Assembly (NCBI GenBank): GCA_002269645.1
Contig: NIVC01000416.1
Span: forward strand, 1-64,000
Direction: 5' to 3'
Source of the DNA: Macrostomum lignano
Taxonomy: Eukaryota
DNA: 64,000 bases
Shown: piece by piece, positions 20,951 through 31,518 of the stretch
Position numbering within the stretch: the stretch's first letter is position 1
How the letters are laid out: each line of letters starts with the position of its first letter
Program-made: the position numbers and the translations under genes
The notes under the pieces: generated by a model
What the model saw: only the letters and a program-made list of their open reading frames with translations
What the model was told of the DNA's origin: nothing
The model's database searches: none

Positions 20951-22829
20951 ACTGTATTAGAATAGCCTACAAGTCATTTTTACTTTGTTTTAATAATATC
21001 AAGTATTGCATTAAGTCTATGTTTTTAAGCCATTCACTAATAAGTATAAATAGTAAAAGAACTTATTAAGGTAGATATCATTGGTCAAAAAGTTCACAGA
21101 ACAAAACAATAATCACTAGTACCAAACCCTACACCAAGTAAGCATTTCTAACCCATAGAAGTTGCAAAACTTATCTGCAGTTAAGTCTGCAGACTCAATT
21201 GTGTATTGATTAGGGCCTACTTGATTTTAAAATCCCATGAAGCTTGAATATTATAAACTAATAGATATTAAAAATAGAAATTAAATTTAGAGAAAACATA
21301 GGACAAATTAAATGGCATCTAGCTTAGAAAAAGGTTGCCAATCTAGTACTTGGTATGCAAAATCAAGATTCTAAAATATTGATATATCATGAAACCTAGT
21401 ATATGTATTACACAAAAATTATTATAATATAGACTATAATTAGTTAGAAGTTGATATATTTAATGCTAAATATACTTCTAAAGTTTGAAATCTTGTAAGG
21501 GCCTACATATTAGTCTAAATAGATATTTTCATATTGAATCCAAGACACAGCTGTCAGTCAAAATGCTTGTCCAAGCCAACAAAATGGCAGCAACTTGGCA
21601 GGAGGTAGGGCCTATTTTAGTTTTAGATGCTTAAGGTCATTTAGCCATGATTTATATTGAAAATGAAGATAAATATGTAACTATATTTTAATGTAGGAAA
21701 ATAGGACAATATGGAAAACTTGAATAGCTATATTAAAGTTAGACTTCTTGTCTAGATTAAACATAGGCCGTTGCTTAGGCTCTATAAAGCTTTAAATGGC
21801 ATAATTAAATATTTTAAAAATAGGTCTAAAAGGTAATATAGCACTAATATAATATGTGAATAGAAAAATCATTTTTTCATCAAATAGGCCTAACTTTTTA
21901 GAATATAGAAAATACCTTTGTTCAAGACACAAACATTGTCATATGGTATTGAGAATCTTGAGTTTGAGGTGAAGTTAGCCTAAGGCCTGGCCCTGAGCTT
22001 AAAATGAAATTACAAATATCTGTATGAGAATTTGAAACTAAAAATAGAAGGTCAATTGAGATTTGGACTTTGATCATAAAGATTCTGAAATGGCACAACA
22101 TTTTAGTCTGACTTGATTGTGTCATTTTAAATAGTTTGCTAGGCGAAAATTCAGGGTTGAACGTTGAAGACTGGATTAGGCCTATATATTTGTGTTCAAT
22201 GACCAGGCAGGCAGACCAGTCAGTGAGCCAGGCACTAAATTATTCACTGAACTTTAAGGGTAGTATCTCCTACCCCGGATTTATAGGAGTTACCGCTTAG
22301 GAATATGATACTTAGTGATTTAGTCATGGCAGTTATAGCCAGCAATTCTACATCGAAATCGTAGGCCATTATTATCGTCACGGACGACGTGACTCGTGGT
22401 CTCGTGGAGTGGAGTTGTGGACTAGCTTAATCATAATATTCGCAAAATTAATTTCATTTAAATCCAAAGTTGTTGGACTCGATCACGATAAACTGGAATC
22501 AGTTTCAAAGAAAGCTAAAGAAATTGTTCTAAGATTTTTATTTTTCTTATAATTTTAGCATTGCTTACGATTCCGAAAAACGGTATCCTATTGCTCCTTA
22601 TTTGTGTTTTTGTTTGTATAAAGATAATGCGCGTACAGTTTGTAAGCGTGTTATTTTATTGCACGTCACATGCTGAAGTTCTGAAGGCATGTAGGTCAAG
22701 GAGCTTTATACCCATTGATAATTCGAATATGACTTTCCAGCTCTATTTTCTGTACTCTTTAAGCCTACGAATGGAACATTAGACTTCATGTACATTCATG
22801 TGTAGTGTAAATTGTACACGTACATAATG

Positions 22830-24690
22830 AATCGAGAGTACATTATGAAAAGAGTCGGCCAAGTGTGGCAGAAACGACGAAGTGCTACAGCAGGCCCTGA
22901 TGACAGTGGAAAGACTGCGGAGGGGTGGAAAGTCTGCGGAGAAGGAAGAGGGAGACTAGCGGAGACAAAAAAACCGCGGGTGCCGCGTCTGGTCGGTCGT
23001 CTATCAGCTGACAGGCCGCAAGAGATGCAACGCTCTGAACCTGGCGGGTGGACACGCCAGAAGCTGAGAGGCGAAACGACCTGCGGACCTGATCTTCTAT
23101 TGGAATCGTCATATCATTGTCCACGGCGGAGGTTGCGCTGCCAGAGGAGCTTCTTAACACCAGCAGGCCCCATTCACCATCGACGAGGTGCTACAACTTA
23201 CAAGAAAACTCCAGGCAACAAGGGCTTAGGACGACCCGACAACGACATGCCATTCGAAGTGCTGCGCGCAGGTCGCGTTGGAAGTCACGCCCCGCCCCTG
23301 CTGAGTGGCGGACTCCACATACGAGCTATCGTCGGGATCCCAAATAATTATCTTGCAGGCTCCGTCAAGATCGAAGAGCATCGCCGGATTTCACTAATGT
23401 CTTGCACGGCGGCAAGCTGTTTAACAGGGTTCTGCTGTCGCGCAGCTGTCGCGCAACGGGTGCTGGACCCGTTCCTCCGGCGCGAGCAGAAACATATGAT
23501 TCCGGACAGGCAGAGAGGCACTGTGACCTACAATGTAAATTCTCGCTCTACGCCGCACTTTAAGTAGGAGAGGCCCGCATCCACCAGTCGACCTGGACCA
23601 TCATCTGCATCTTCATGGACTTCCTGAAGGCCTTTGACTCGGTGTCGAGGCGGAGGGTCATCGTGAACATCCTGCGTGCGTATCACGTGCTTGAGCAGCT
23701 GGTGACGGCTGTGACGGCTGTACCAGGAGACCAGGGTGGCAGTTGTGACACCGGACGGCCTTTCCAAATTTTTCGACACGTCCTCCGGCGTTCTCCAAGG
23801 GGACACCTGGCCCCTTTTCTGTTCGTCCTGGTCCTGGACTGAGTCGCTGACCCAGACAACTCAAACGGATTCTCTTGCTCTGTCGCAGAACAAGCAGGCG
23901 ATCGCGATACCCTGAGAAGCGACTCTCCCTCCTAGCGTACGTGGACGACCTAGCGCTGCTGTCTAGCTCAGCTGAAAGAGCTCAACGCCTGCTAGACCAG
24001 CTGACGGCGGCGGCCGCTGCGATCGGACTGTCCGTGATCACCAAAAAGACAATGGTGCTGACCGTACCGACGGACCTCCCAGCTGAGATCTACTGCCGCT
24101 GCACACGGGCAGGTGGCGTTGCTGCCCCGCCGCAAATAATTTATCTACCTCGACGGTCTAGTGCCAAGCATCATGGACGACATAGCGCGGCGCAGGGCGC
24201 TTGCCTGAGGCGCATTTCGCACCGTGCGGACTGTCCTCGCGCTGCCGGATCGGCTGAGAGGACGGCTGTTCCAGGCAGTCATAGAAACCGTCCTTCTTTA
24301 CAATGCTGAAACGCTGACCGGCTCGCAGGAGCGGTAACTCGAGGCCGCTCACGCTGGACTTCTACGAGCCGCCTACAGTGTCCACTACTCGCCGACCGCC
24401 ACCAACAACACCAGCAATGACGAGCTTTACCGTCGGGCCCAGCTCTCCCGACCCAGCCAGCTGCTGCGCATCCAGCACCTACAGCTGGCCGGTCACGTCA
24501 TCCGAGCAGAGCAGTTCAAAGGCCGCGAGAAGTTTTCAGGCGAGAAGTCTGCGTCTAGTCGACGCTGAGACTTCTGACTCTCGCGAACTCGCTATTCTGC
24601 GCAACTCTGTGCAACTGCGCTCGCATTTTGACAGCAACCCAACTTGGCTTGCCCAGGGCTCCTGCTGTTTGTTGTTGTTGTTGTTGTTAT
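22830..24690 (+). mobile_element. Degenerate non-LTR retrotransposon (RTE-like reverse transcriptase), multiple frameshifts
   Basis: RT motifs across frames: RISLMS, DFLKAFDSV, QGDTLAPFLFVLVLD, LAYVDDLALL; ends near (TTG)n at ~24668-24688. Boundaries approximate. Confidence 0.8.
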
Positions 24691-24716
24691 ATGAATCGAA
24701 TAACTTTCGATCCAAT

Positions 24717-24923
24717 CCGTACAGCAATCTGCGTCGGTAAAGCCGGCCGAAGTTCCCGACGTCTATCGACGTCGCTGACAAATTGATACTTCTGCATTAC
24801 AAGACGTTCCGCCCACACGTCGTTATCCCTCGATGTACGAGATGTACGATGTACGACATGTAATATAAAAAGTACATATTGTCAGCGACGTCGATAGACC
24901 GGGAACGTCGGATTGCTGTACGG
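24717..24923. mobile_element. MITE-like inverted repeat element
   Basis: CCGTACAGCAATC (24717-24729) pairs with GATTGCTGTACGG (24911-24923); inner GTTCCC..GTCTATCGACGTCGCTGACAA pairs with TTGTCAGCGACGTCGATAGAC..GGGAAC; no TSD. Confidence 0.7.
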
Positions 24924-25178
24924 GCCTCCTTACAGAGCTTTTAGTGTATAGAGTGATAGAAATATCCGTACTACTAAAAGCTTATATAATACACTCTTCC
25001 ATATTCTCTTCATCTTCCGAGTGAACCTCATACCTTGGTCACATAACCGACTGCTGGGGCGTCGCCACCGGGGAGACAGGAGAACATGTCCCCCCCCACC
25101 CCCAGTGAAATTAATTTGTTTCAAGGCGCCAAAAATGCGAGTGCCTGAGGTCCTACAACGTACATGCAGTATAGTAGC

Positions 25179-25374
25179 TGTAGTGTAGTTCAGTGCGATG
25201 TACGAGCGTACAATATTGGCGCGCAAATATTATTAGTCACGTGTTGCAATGTATTACGTAAGACTCACGCGCACTTACTCTTCACATATATAAATATACT
25301 TGCAGGGCAAGTCGGCCCATTTCTAAGATTCTTCGTGCACTCGCAAACCCTCCGATTTTGTCTGAGTCACTACA
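25179..25374 (+). repeat. 5' LTR
   Basis: TGTAGTGTAG...GTCACTACA; matches the 3' LTR. Confidence 0.95.
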
Positions 25375-25441
25375 TGGCGTCGCGAGCAAACTATTGACTG
25401 ATCATCACTCTCTAACCCAGCGCGGTTCCAGCCACACAAAC

Positions 25442-28400
25442 ATGGCCCAAGCTTTGCAACTCACTGCACCAGATGCATTTGATATCGATAGCGATCCACT
25501 CACACGAGCCCAGAGATGGAAGACTTGGGCACGGAGGTTCAATAGCTACATTCGCGCTGCTGGCATCACAGATGCGACACAACAGCTGGAGTTGCTGGTC
25601 TACACAGCGGGAGAGAAGTTGGAAGACTTTATGGAAGACAACAGTGTTCAAAAAGGAAAATCTACAAACGAGCTCATCCAAAAGCTACAAGAGATCTTCG
25701 ACCAGAAAAACAGCGTCGTCTTCCTCCGGTACCAATTCGAGACCTGCAGACAGGAGGAGGGGGAGTCCATCGATGCGTGGTACCATCGGCTGCGCAAGGC
25801 CGCGGATCAATGCGAATTCGGAGAACTACGGGACTCTCTCATCAGGGACAAGGTGGTCGCCCACTACCGATCGGAGAAGATCAGAAGGGAGCTCCTTCAG
25901 CTGAACGATATCTGTCTAGCTGACGTACTGAAGCGAATCCGAGCAAGGGAAGCTGCGGAGCAACAGGCTCAGGCCATGGAAGAAAACAGCTCAGGTGGCG
26001 CCGCCGCCATGACGACCGCGAACGTGGCTGCGCTAGGCCCACCCCGAGCACGACCGTCGCAGCCATTCAGAAGGGATCCTGCAATGAAGGACGGTGGCAT
26101 CAGCTGCGAGCGCTGCGGACGGCCGGGTCATCGAACGTGCGAGGCTGCTAGAGACAAGGCATGTCGACGCTGCGGTAAGATTGGCCATTTCGCCCGGGCA
26201 TGTCGGGGAACGTCCAGAATACCCGTGAGAGCTGTCAACGAACCGGACGATCGCTCCTACGGGCAAGTCGAATATCTGCAGGACAAATCCACTGAGCACG
26301 AGCTTTTCAGCCTCCGAAATAGCGGATCAGCATGGACTCAAGCCACCGTCAACGGATTCAAGACAACCCTGCTTATCGACAGTGGAGCGGCCTGCAACAT
26401 CATCGACAGGGAGGCCTTCGAAAGGATGCCACAGAAGGCCAGGCTCCAAGCAGCCAGTGATCGGGTCTATCCCTATGGAAGCCAACAGCCACTGAAGCTG
26501 CTCGGCAAGACCGACCTACAGGTCAGCGTTTTCGGTTGCCAGGAGACGCTTCCGTTCCTGGTGCTGGACGGAAAGGGTGCTTGCATAATAGGCCGCAGGA
26601 GCGCGGAAGACCTAGGAGTTCTGCGAGTCGGCCCGGAAGACAAGGCAGCGTGTGAGCTACGCTCGGAGTGTCCGACTGACAGGCTGCTAGCCGGCGTTCC
26701 AAAAGACCTTCGGCAGTCCCCAGGTGCTCCATCTTTAGACGAAATCCTCAAGGAAAATGCACAGGCCTTCGACGGAATCGGCTGTCTTAAGAACTACGCA
26801 GCCCGCATCTTCCTGGAAGAGGGCGCAAGACCAGTGTGCCATCCACCATCAAGAGTGCCAATTCACCTCGCTCCAGCAGTGGACGCCGAGCTCCAGTACC
26901 TAGAAGAACAAGGCATCATTGAGCCAGTGGAGGGACCCTGCCCGTGGGTTTCTCGTATCGTCGTCGTCCCCAAAGAAGCTCCTGGCGAGATCAGGATCAC
27001 TCAGGATCTGATGGAGCTAAACAAGTCTGTCGTCAGGGAGCGACACCCAATACCGACCTTTGAGGAGGTAACAGGCGACATGGCAGGAGCGACGCTGTTC
27101 TCAGAGTTGGACGTCGCAAAAGCATTCTATCAAATCCCTGTGTCAGAAGAGTGCCGGCATCTTCTAACTTTTTCAACGCCTCGAGGTCTTCGGCGGCTGA
27201 CGAGACTCTGCATGGGGCTATCAACGGCGCAGGAAATTCTTCAAGCTGTTATGTCATCCGTGCTGGCTGGACTTTCAAAAGTAAAATGGATCCACGATGA
27301 CATTATTGTCTATGGCCACAGCGTGGCGGAGCATCACAACAATCTGCGGGAGTGCCTCCAGCGGCTGGCGCAGCACGGACTGACGCTCAACCCGGCCAAG
27401 TGCAAGCTGGCACGAACGCAAGTCACCTTCATGGGGATGCGATTGTCGAAGGACGGAGTCAGGCCAACCGAGTCAAAGCTAGAGGCAGTTAATGCATTTG
27501 CAGAGCCAACGAATGTCACGGAGGTGCGCTCGTTCTTGGGACTTGTCAACTACCTGGCCGCATTCACCCCGAGGCTGGCGGACCTGGCAAAGCCGCTGCG
27601 CAACCTGACAAGGAAGGGCCAGCCCTGGGCATGGGCCGATCTGGAAAGACAAGCCTTCAGCGACATCAAGTCTCAAATCGCGTCAAGTGGCTCTCTTGCC
27701 TTTTTCAACCATCGCCTTCCGACGCAACTCATTGTCGACGCTGGGCCAGCGGGGCTGGGTGCAATCCTGTCACAGACACAATCGGACGGAACCAGGCGGC
27801 CCATTGCATACGCTAGCCGGACACTGTCGAACGTTGAGCAACGCTATTCCCAAACAGAGAAAGAGGCGTTGGCCGTGAAGTTCGGCTGTTTAAAGTTTCA
27901 ATTCTACCTCCACGGCGCGCCGATGTTCACGGTGCAAACCGACCACAAGCCACTGGTTGCTCTGTTCGGCAGCAGTTCGAGACCCCCTCCGAGAATCGAA
28001 AGGATGGCATTGCGCATTCAGCATATGAAATTCACAGTCGAGTACCAGCCGGGCCCGCTCAACCCGGCAGACGTGCTCAGCCGACAGCCACTGCCGACAC
28101 CCGCACCGAATGTGGGCGAAGAGCTGGATGCACTTTCCATCGCCGCTGTTGTACAGGCGGCCGTACCAAATGCGCTGTCACTGACCAGCGTACAGAACAG
28201 CTCGCAAAAGGACGCAACAATTCAAGCGGCGATTCGCGCCTTAGAGACAGGGCGGTGGAGCCTGGAGTCAGCAGAACTGCGGTCGCTGCATGCGCTGCGT
28301 CACGAACTGTCGGCAGTGGACGGGGTGCTCCTACGGGGCCAGCGGATCATCGTCCCGGTGGCGCTCCGACGGCTTGTACTGGATCTAGCGCACCGGGGGC

Positions 28401-29482
28401 ACCAGTGCACACGTAAGACGCTGGACCGGCTGAACACCAAGGTCTGGTGGCCAAGGATGCAACTGGAGACGGAGCGCTTCATAGCCACGTGCCGGGCCTG
28501 CCTGGCGACCTCGCATGCCGCTGACGTGACTGCATCACCGCTAAAGCCGACGCCCATCCCGAAGGCGGCCTGGCTGACGCTCGGGGCGGATCTGCTAGGA
28601 CCCATTCAAGGCAGCATGCTGCTAGTCTGCGTCGATCAATACTCCCGATTCCCCGAGGTGGAGGTTGTCCAGACCACGACGGCTGAGGCGCTAATCCCTC
28701 GACTGAGGAGTTCATTCGTCCGGTTTGGAATCCCTCAAACGTTAGTTACTGACAACGGCCCACCGTTCTCTTCAGCCCAGTTCAAGAGCTTCCTGGACAG
28801 CTACGGAATTCGGCAGCGCCTCATCACACCGTTACATCCACAGGCCAACGGCGCCACCGAGCGTTTGAATCGTTCCATCAACAAGGTGGTGCGCGCTGCG
28901 ATCGCACAGAAGCGCGACTGGAGAGCGGCCCTTGACGAGTGGCTGCTGGCCTATCGGTGCACGCCTCAGCGAACAACTGGACGGGCGCCTGCCGAGCTCC
29001 TCATGGGTCGCGTGCTGAACGACTCCATCCCGTCGGTCAGACCGTCGAGACCGGTGGCCATCGCAGACCGGCAGCTTCGGCAGCGCGACGCACTTCGAAA
29101 GGCGCAAGGCAAGCTCTACACAGACCGGAAGCGACTGGCGAGACCGCACAAGCTCAAGGTTGGCGACACAGTGCTGCGGCGGCGACTGAATCCGCTCAAG
29201 GGAGACACGCCGTTCGAGTGGGACCCCTGGCTCATCGAGGAGATCAAGGCGGACTCGGCGACGATACGACAGGGTGCCAGAGTTTGCAGGCGGCACTGCA
29301 CCGACCTAAAGCGAGTGGCACCGGAGTCCGAGCCTGACAATCTGGGCGAGCTGGCAGCGATGCCGCAACCGGAAGTGAATGCGCCTCCGCCGCAGCCAGC
29401 CGCAGGCGAGCGAGCGGCCTCGCCCATTGCGTTGCGGCCACATCCCCGGGCGGCGAAGGTGAACGTGAACTACAAGGCTTGA
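25442..29482 (+). CDS. Gag-Pol polyprotein (Gag zinc knuckles, protease, RT, RNase H, integrase), 1346 aa
   Basis: Single open frame from ATG 25442: CRRCGKIGHFARAC, LLIDSGA, PWVSRIVVVPK, WIHDDIIV, VDAGPAGLGA, TDHKPL, HHCC (HRGHQ..CRAC), DDE (ADLLG, TDNGP, ATER). Confidence 0.95.
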   Translation: MAQALQLTAPDAFDIDSDPLTRAQRWKTWARRFNSYIRAAGITDATQQLELLVYTAGEKLEDFMEDNSVQKGKSTNELIQKLQEIFDQKNSVVFLRYQFETCRQEEGESIDAWYHRLRKAADQCEFGELRDSLIRDKVVAHYRSEKIRRELLQLNDICLADVLKRIRAREAAEQQAQAMEENSSGGAAAMTTANVAALGPPRARPSQPFRRDPAMKDGGISCERCGRPGHRTCEAARDKACRRCGKIGHFARACRGTSRIPVRAVNEPDDRSYGQVEYLQDKSTEHELFSLRNSGSAWTQATVNGFKTTLLIDSGAACNIIDREAFERMPQKARLQAASDRVYPYGSQQPLKLLGKTDLQVSVFGCQETLPFLVLDGKGACIIGRRSAEDLGVLRVGPEDKAACELRSECPTDRLLAGVPKDLRQSPGAPSLDEILKENAQAFDGIGCLKNYAARIFLEEGARPVCHPPSRVPIHLAPAVDAELQYLEEQGIIEPVEGPCPWVSRIVVVPKEAPGEIRITQDLMELNKSVVRERHPIPTFEEVTGDMAGATLFSELDVAKAFYQIPVSEECRHLLTFSTPRGLRRLTRLCMGLSTAQEILQAVMSSVLAGLSKVKWIHDDIIVYGHSVAEHHNNLRECLQRLAQHGLTLNPAKCKLARTQVTFMGMRLSKDGVRPTESKLEAVNAFAEPTNVTEVRSFLGLVNYLAAFTPRLADLAKPLRNLTRKGQPWAWADLERQAFSDIKSQIASSGSLAFFNHRLPTQLIVDAGPAGLGAILSQTQSDGTRRPIAYASRTLSNVEQRYSQTEKEALAVKFGCLKFQFYLHGAPMFTVQTDHKPLVALFGSSSRPPPRIERMALRIQHMKFTVEYQPGPLNPADVLSRQPLPTPAPNVGEELDALSIAAVVQAAVPNALSLTSVQNSSQKDATIQAAIRALETGRWSLESAELRSLHALRHELSAVDGVLLRGQRIIVPVALRRLVLDLAHRGHQCTRKTLDRLNTKVWWPRMQLETERFIATCRACLATSHAADVTASPLKPTPIPKAAWLTLGADLLGPIQGSMLLVCVDQYSRFPEVEVVQTTTAEALIPRLRSSFVRFGIPQTLVTDNGPPFSSAQFKSFLDSYGIRQRLITPLHPQANGATERLNRSINKVVRAAIAQKRDWRAALDEWLLAYRCTPQRTTGRAPAELLMGRVLNDSIPSVRPSRPVAIADRQLRQRDALRKAQGKLYTDRKRLARPHKLKVGDTVLRRRLNPLKGDTPFEWDPWLIEEIKADSATIRQGARVCRRHCTDLKRVAPESEPDNLGELAAMPQPEVNAPPPQPAAGERAASPIALRPHPRAAKVNVNYKA

Positions 29483-29628
29483 AAAAGGTTTTTGTTAAAC
29501 GGTAGCATCTGATTTTTTGTATTTTTTGCTGGACTTTTGCTAAATTTGTAACAGAATGAAATTTAACAAAAACAGATTTTTTAAACCCAACTTTAAAAGT
29601 TTGCTTTTAAGCCGTATTTGAGGAGAGA

Positions 29629-29824
29629 TGTAGTGTAGTTCAGTGCGATGTACGAGCGTACAATATTGGCGCGCAAATATTATTAGTCACGTGTTGCAAT
29701 GTATTACGTAAGACTCACGCGCACTTACTCTTCACATATATAAATATACTTGCAGGGCAAGTCGGCCCATTTCTAAGATTCTTCGTGCACTCGCAAACCC
29801 TCCGATTTTGTCTGAGTCACTACA
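29629..29824 (+). repeat. 3' LTR
   Basis: Matches the 5' LTR; followed by TSD GTAGC. Confidence 0.95.
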
Positions 29825-30665
29825 GTAGCCAAAACGATCGAGTGCCTGTAGTAATATGTCGGCATTTAGTCGCACATATACATGTAGAGTCCTTCCCCCC
29901 AGCTACCATAAAATTCATCATTGTGATGCATTGGGTAGACTGAGACTATATAATGACCGAGATTCTGAGCTAATTTCTAACTGGATAATTAATGATGCTG
30001 AGCTGTGTTTTTAAAATAGTTAAATGTAAATACAAGCTATATATGTACACCTCCAAGAAATTAAAACTCGCCAAGCGCAACTGTACATTTGAATATGATG
30101 CGGATAATAGGTGTTACTACTGTTTAACTAAATGCGGTCTACAGTCGCAAAAAAACACGATAATTAAAAAATCACGAGCACTACGTGCATGTATGCGTAG
30201 GTTATGCCAATTAATAAAAAAGTGCAAAATACGCGTCAGTCAGTTAATTATAGACATCTTTGCTCTAAGAATTTGCGGCTGCTAATTTAATTAATATAGG
30301 CTCAGACAATGCAGTTTCAATAAAAGCTTTAAAAACTCGTGGAACCAAAGCCAGCTGTCAAATGTCAACTGCTGGCTTCTGAGTGAACTTCTCTACCAAA
30401 TTGCATGTGTGTAGCTGGCCAGTTGTGTGCTACCGAGCGAATCTCGAATCTATAATGATTTTCTAATCGAATAGTATTGAAGAATGTCTGCTGCAGTAAT
30501 TTACCGTTATCTGACACTGTCAAATTATAGCTGCTAACGGAAAATTGTCCGATTTCCAACGGAAGCAACTCTCAGCATTGATAAGCCTTCGCAATTGGAA
30601 AACTTGAGTATAAAACTCAAGCTGTAGAGATTCCACGAAATAAAGTTATAATCCGAAACTTCTCC

Positions 30666-30694
30666 TATAAGCGAGAGCAAGAACTTCAGTCAGT
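30666..30694 (+). promoter_or_regulatory. TATA plus Initiator core promoter of the small secreted protein gene
   Basis: TATAAG at 30666, TCAGT(CAGT) Inr ~20-26 nt downstream, then a 5'UTR intron 30710-30792 (GTGAGT...CTTTCAG). Confidence 0.6.
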
Positions 30695-30807
30695 AAAATC
30701 CTTTTTCTCGTGAGTAAAAATTTGTGGCTTTTTTGTTTAAATTTAGCTTTCCGACCAATTAGGCTCTCATAAAGATCTCAACCGCCTTTCAGACAATAAC
30801 AGACAAA

Positions 30808-31071
30808 ATGCGTTTCTCCCTGATGCTCCTGGCTCTTCTGGTCGCCGTTGCCAAGGCCGACGTTCAGTTTGCCGCGGACAATGACGCCACTATTGACTAC
30901 GACTTCAACTGCATGACTCTGACTCAGGAGAGTCGCCAGTGCCTCACCGAGCTGCTGATGGAGGGCCGATGCAACGCCGAGCAGCTGGGCACCGCGGCCA
31001 AGATTGCCAACTGTCTGGTGTCCGGATGCGGCGGCTCAGCCTCCGAGTACCAGAGGTGCATCGAGGTCTAA
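30808..31071 (+). CDS. Orphan small secreted protein, 87 aa, six cysteines
   Basis: AAAATG context, hydrophobic signal peptide (AKA/DV cleavage), Cys spacing C-x9-C-x9-C-x13-C-x4-C-x9-C, GC-rich codons like neighbouring genes within AT-rich flanks. Confidence 0.8.
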   Translation: MRFSLMLLALLVAVAKADVQFAADNDATIDYDFNCMTLTQESRQCLTELLMEGRCNAEQLGTAAKIANCLVSGCGGSASEYQRCIEV

Positions 31072-31518
31072 GACTGGCATTGAATGATCGTTAATATCCG
31101 ATTTATCAAATGAAGCTGGATGAAAGTACACACACAAGAAGAAATATACGCGAGCTTGTTGCAGTTGTCCCCGGGTCTTTTGGGGGCGTAGAAATTGTTG
31201 AATAGAAGTAAAACAAGTATGCGTGACTGCCCGGTCTGGGCTATTGGGTTGTTTCATTTTGATTCTGGTTATTCTGTAAAAGGATTACTGGTTTGATTTG
31301 GTAGTTCCGTCACCAGGCTTCCCGAAAATTACCAATCCTATAGCTAGTTACTTGGATAATTGAATAAAGAACGAAGACAGGAATCCAAAAAAACAAAATG
31401 TGTTTACTTAGCTGCAGGGCGCTCCGTGCGTCCGAAAACAGCGTTGCCGCCCATTTCGATAACCCCTGGCGACCACGGGCAGCTGGTGCTGCGGTGTCGC
31501 GCAGGGAGTACTGGTTGT

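Larger units (their letters stand above)
25179..29824 (+). mobile_element. Full-length Ty3/Gypsy LTR retrotransposon (Mag-like), 4646 bp
   Basis: 196-bp LTRs 25179-25374 and 29629-29824, identical by eye, TG...CA; 5-bp TSD GTAGC; PBS TGGCGTCGCGAGC at 25375; PPT GAGGAGAGA before the 3' LTR. Confidence 0.97.

Noticed and set aside
27286-27310. Gypsy RT has WIHDD rather than YxDD
   Set aside because: Non-Tyr residues before the DD are common in Mag-like Gypsy RTs; both catalytic Asp residues are retained.
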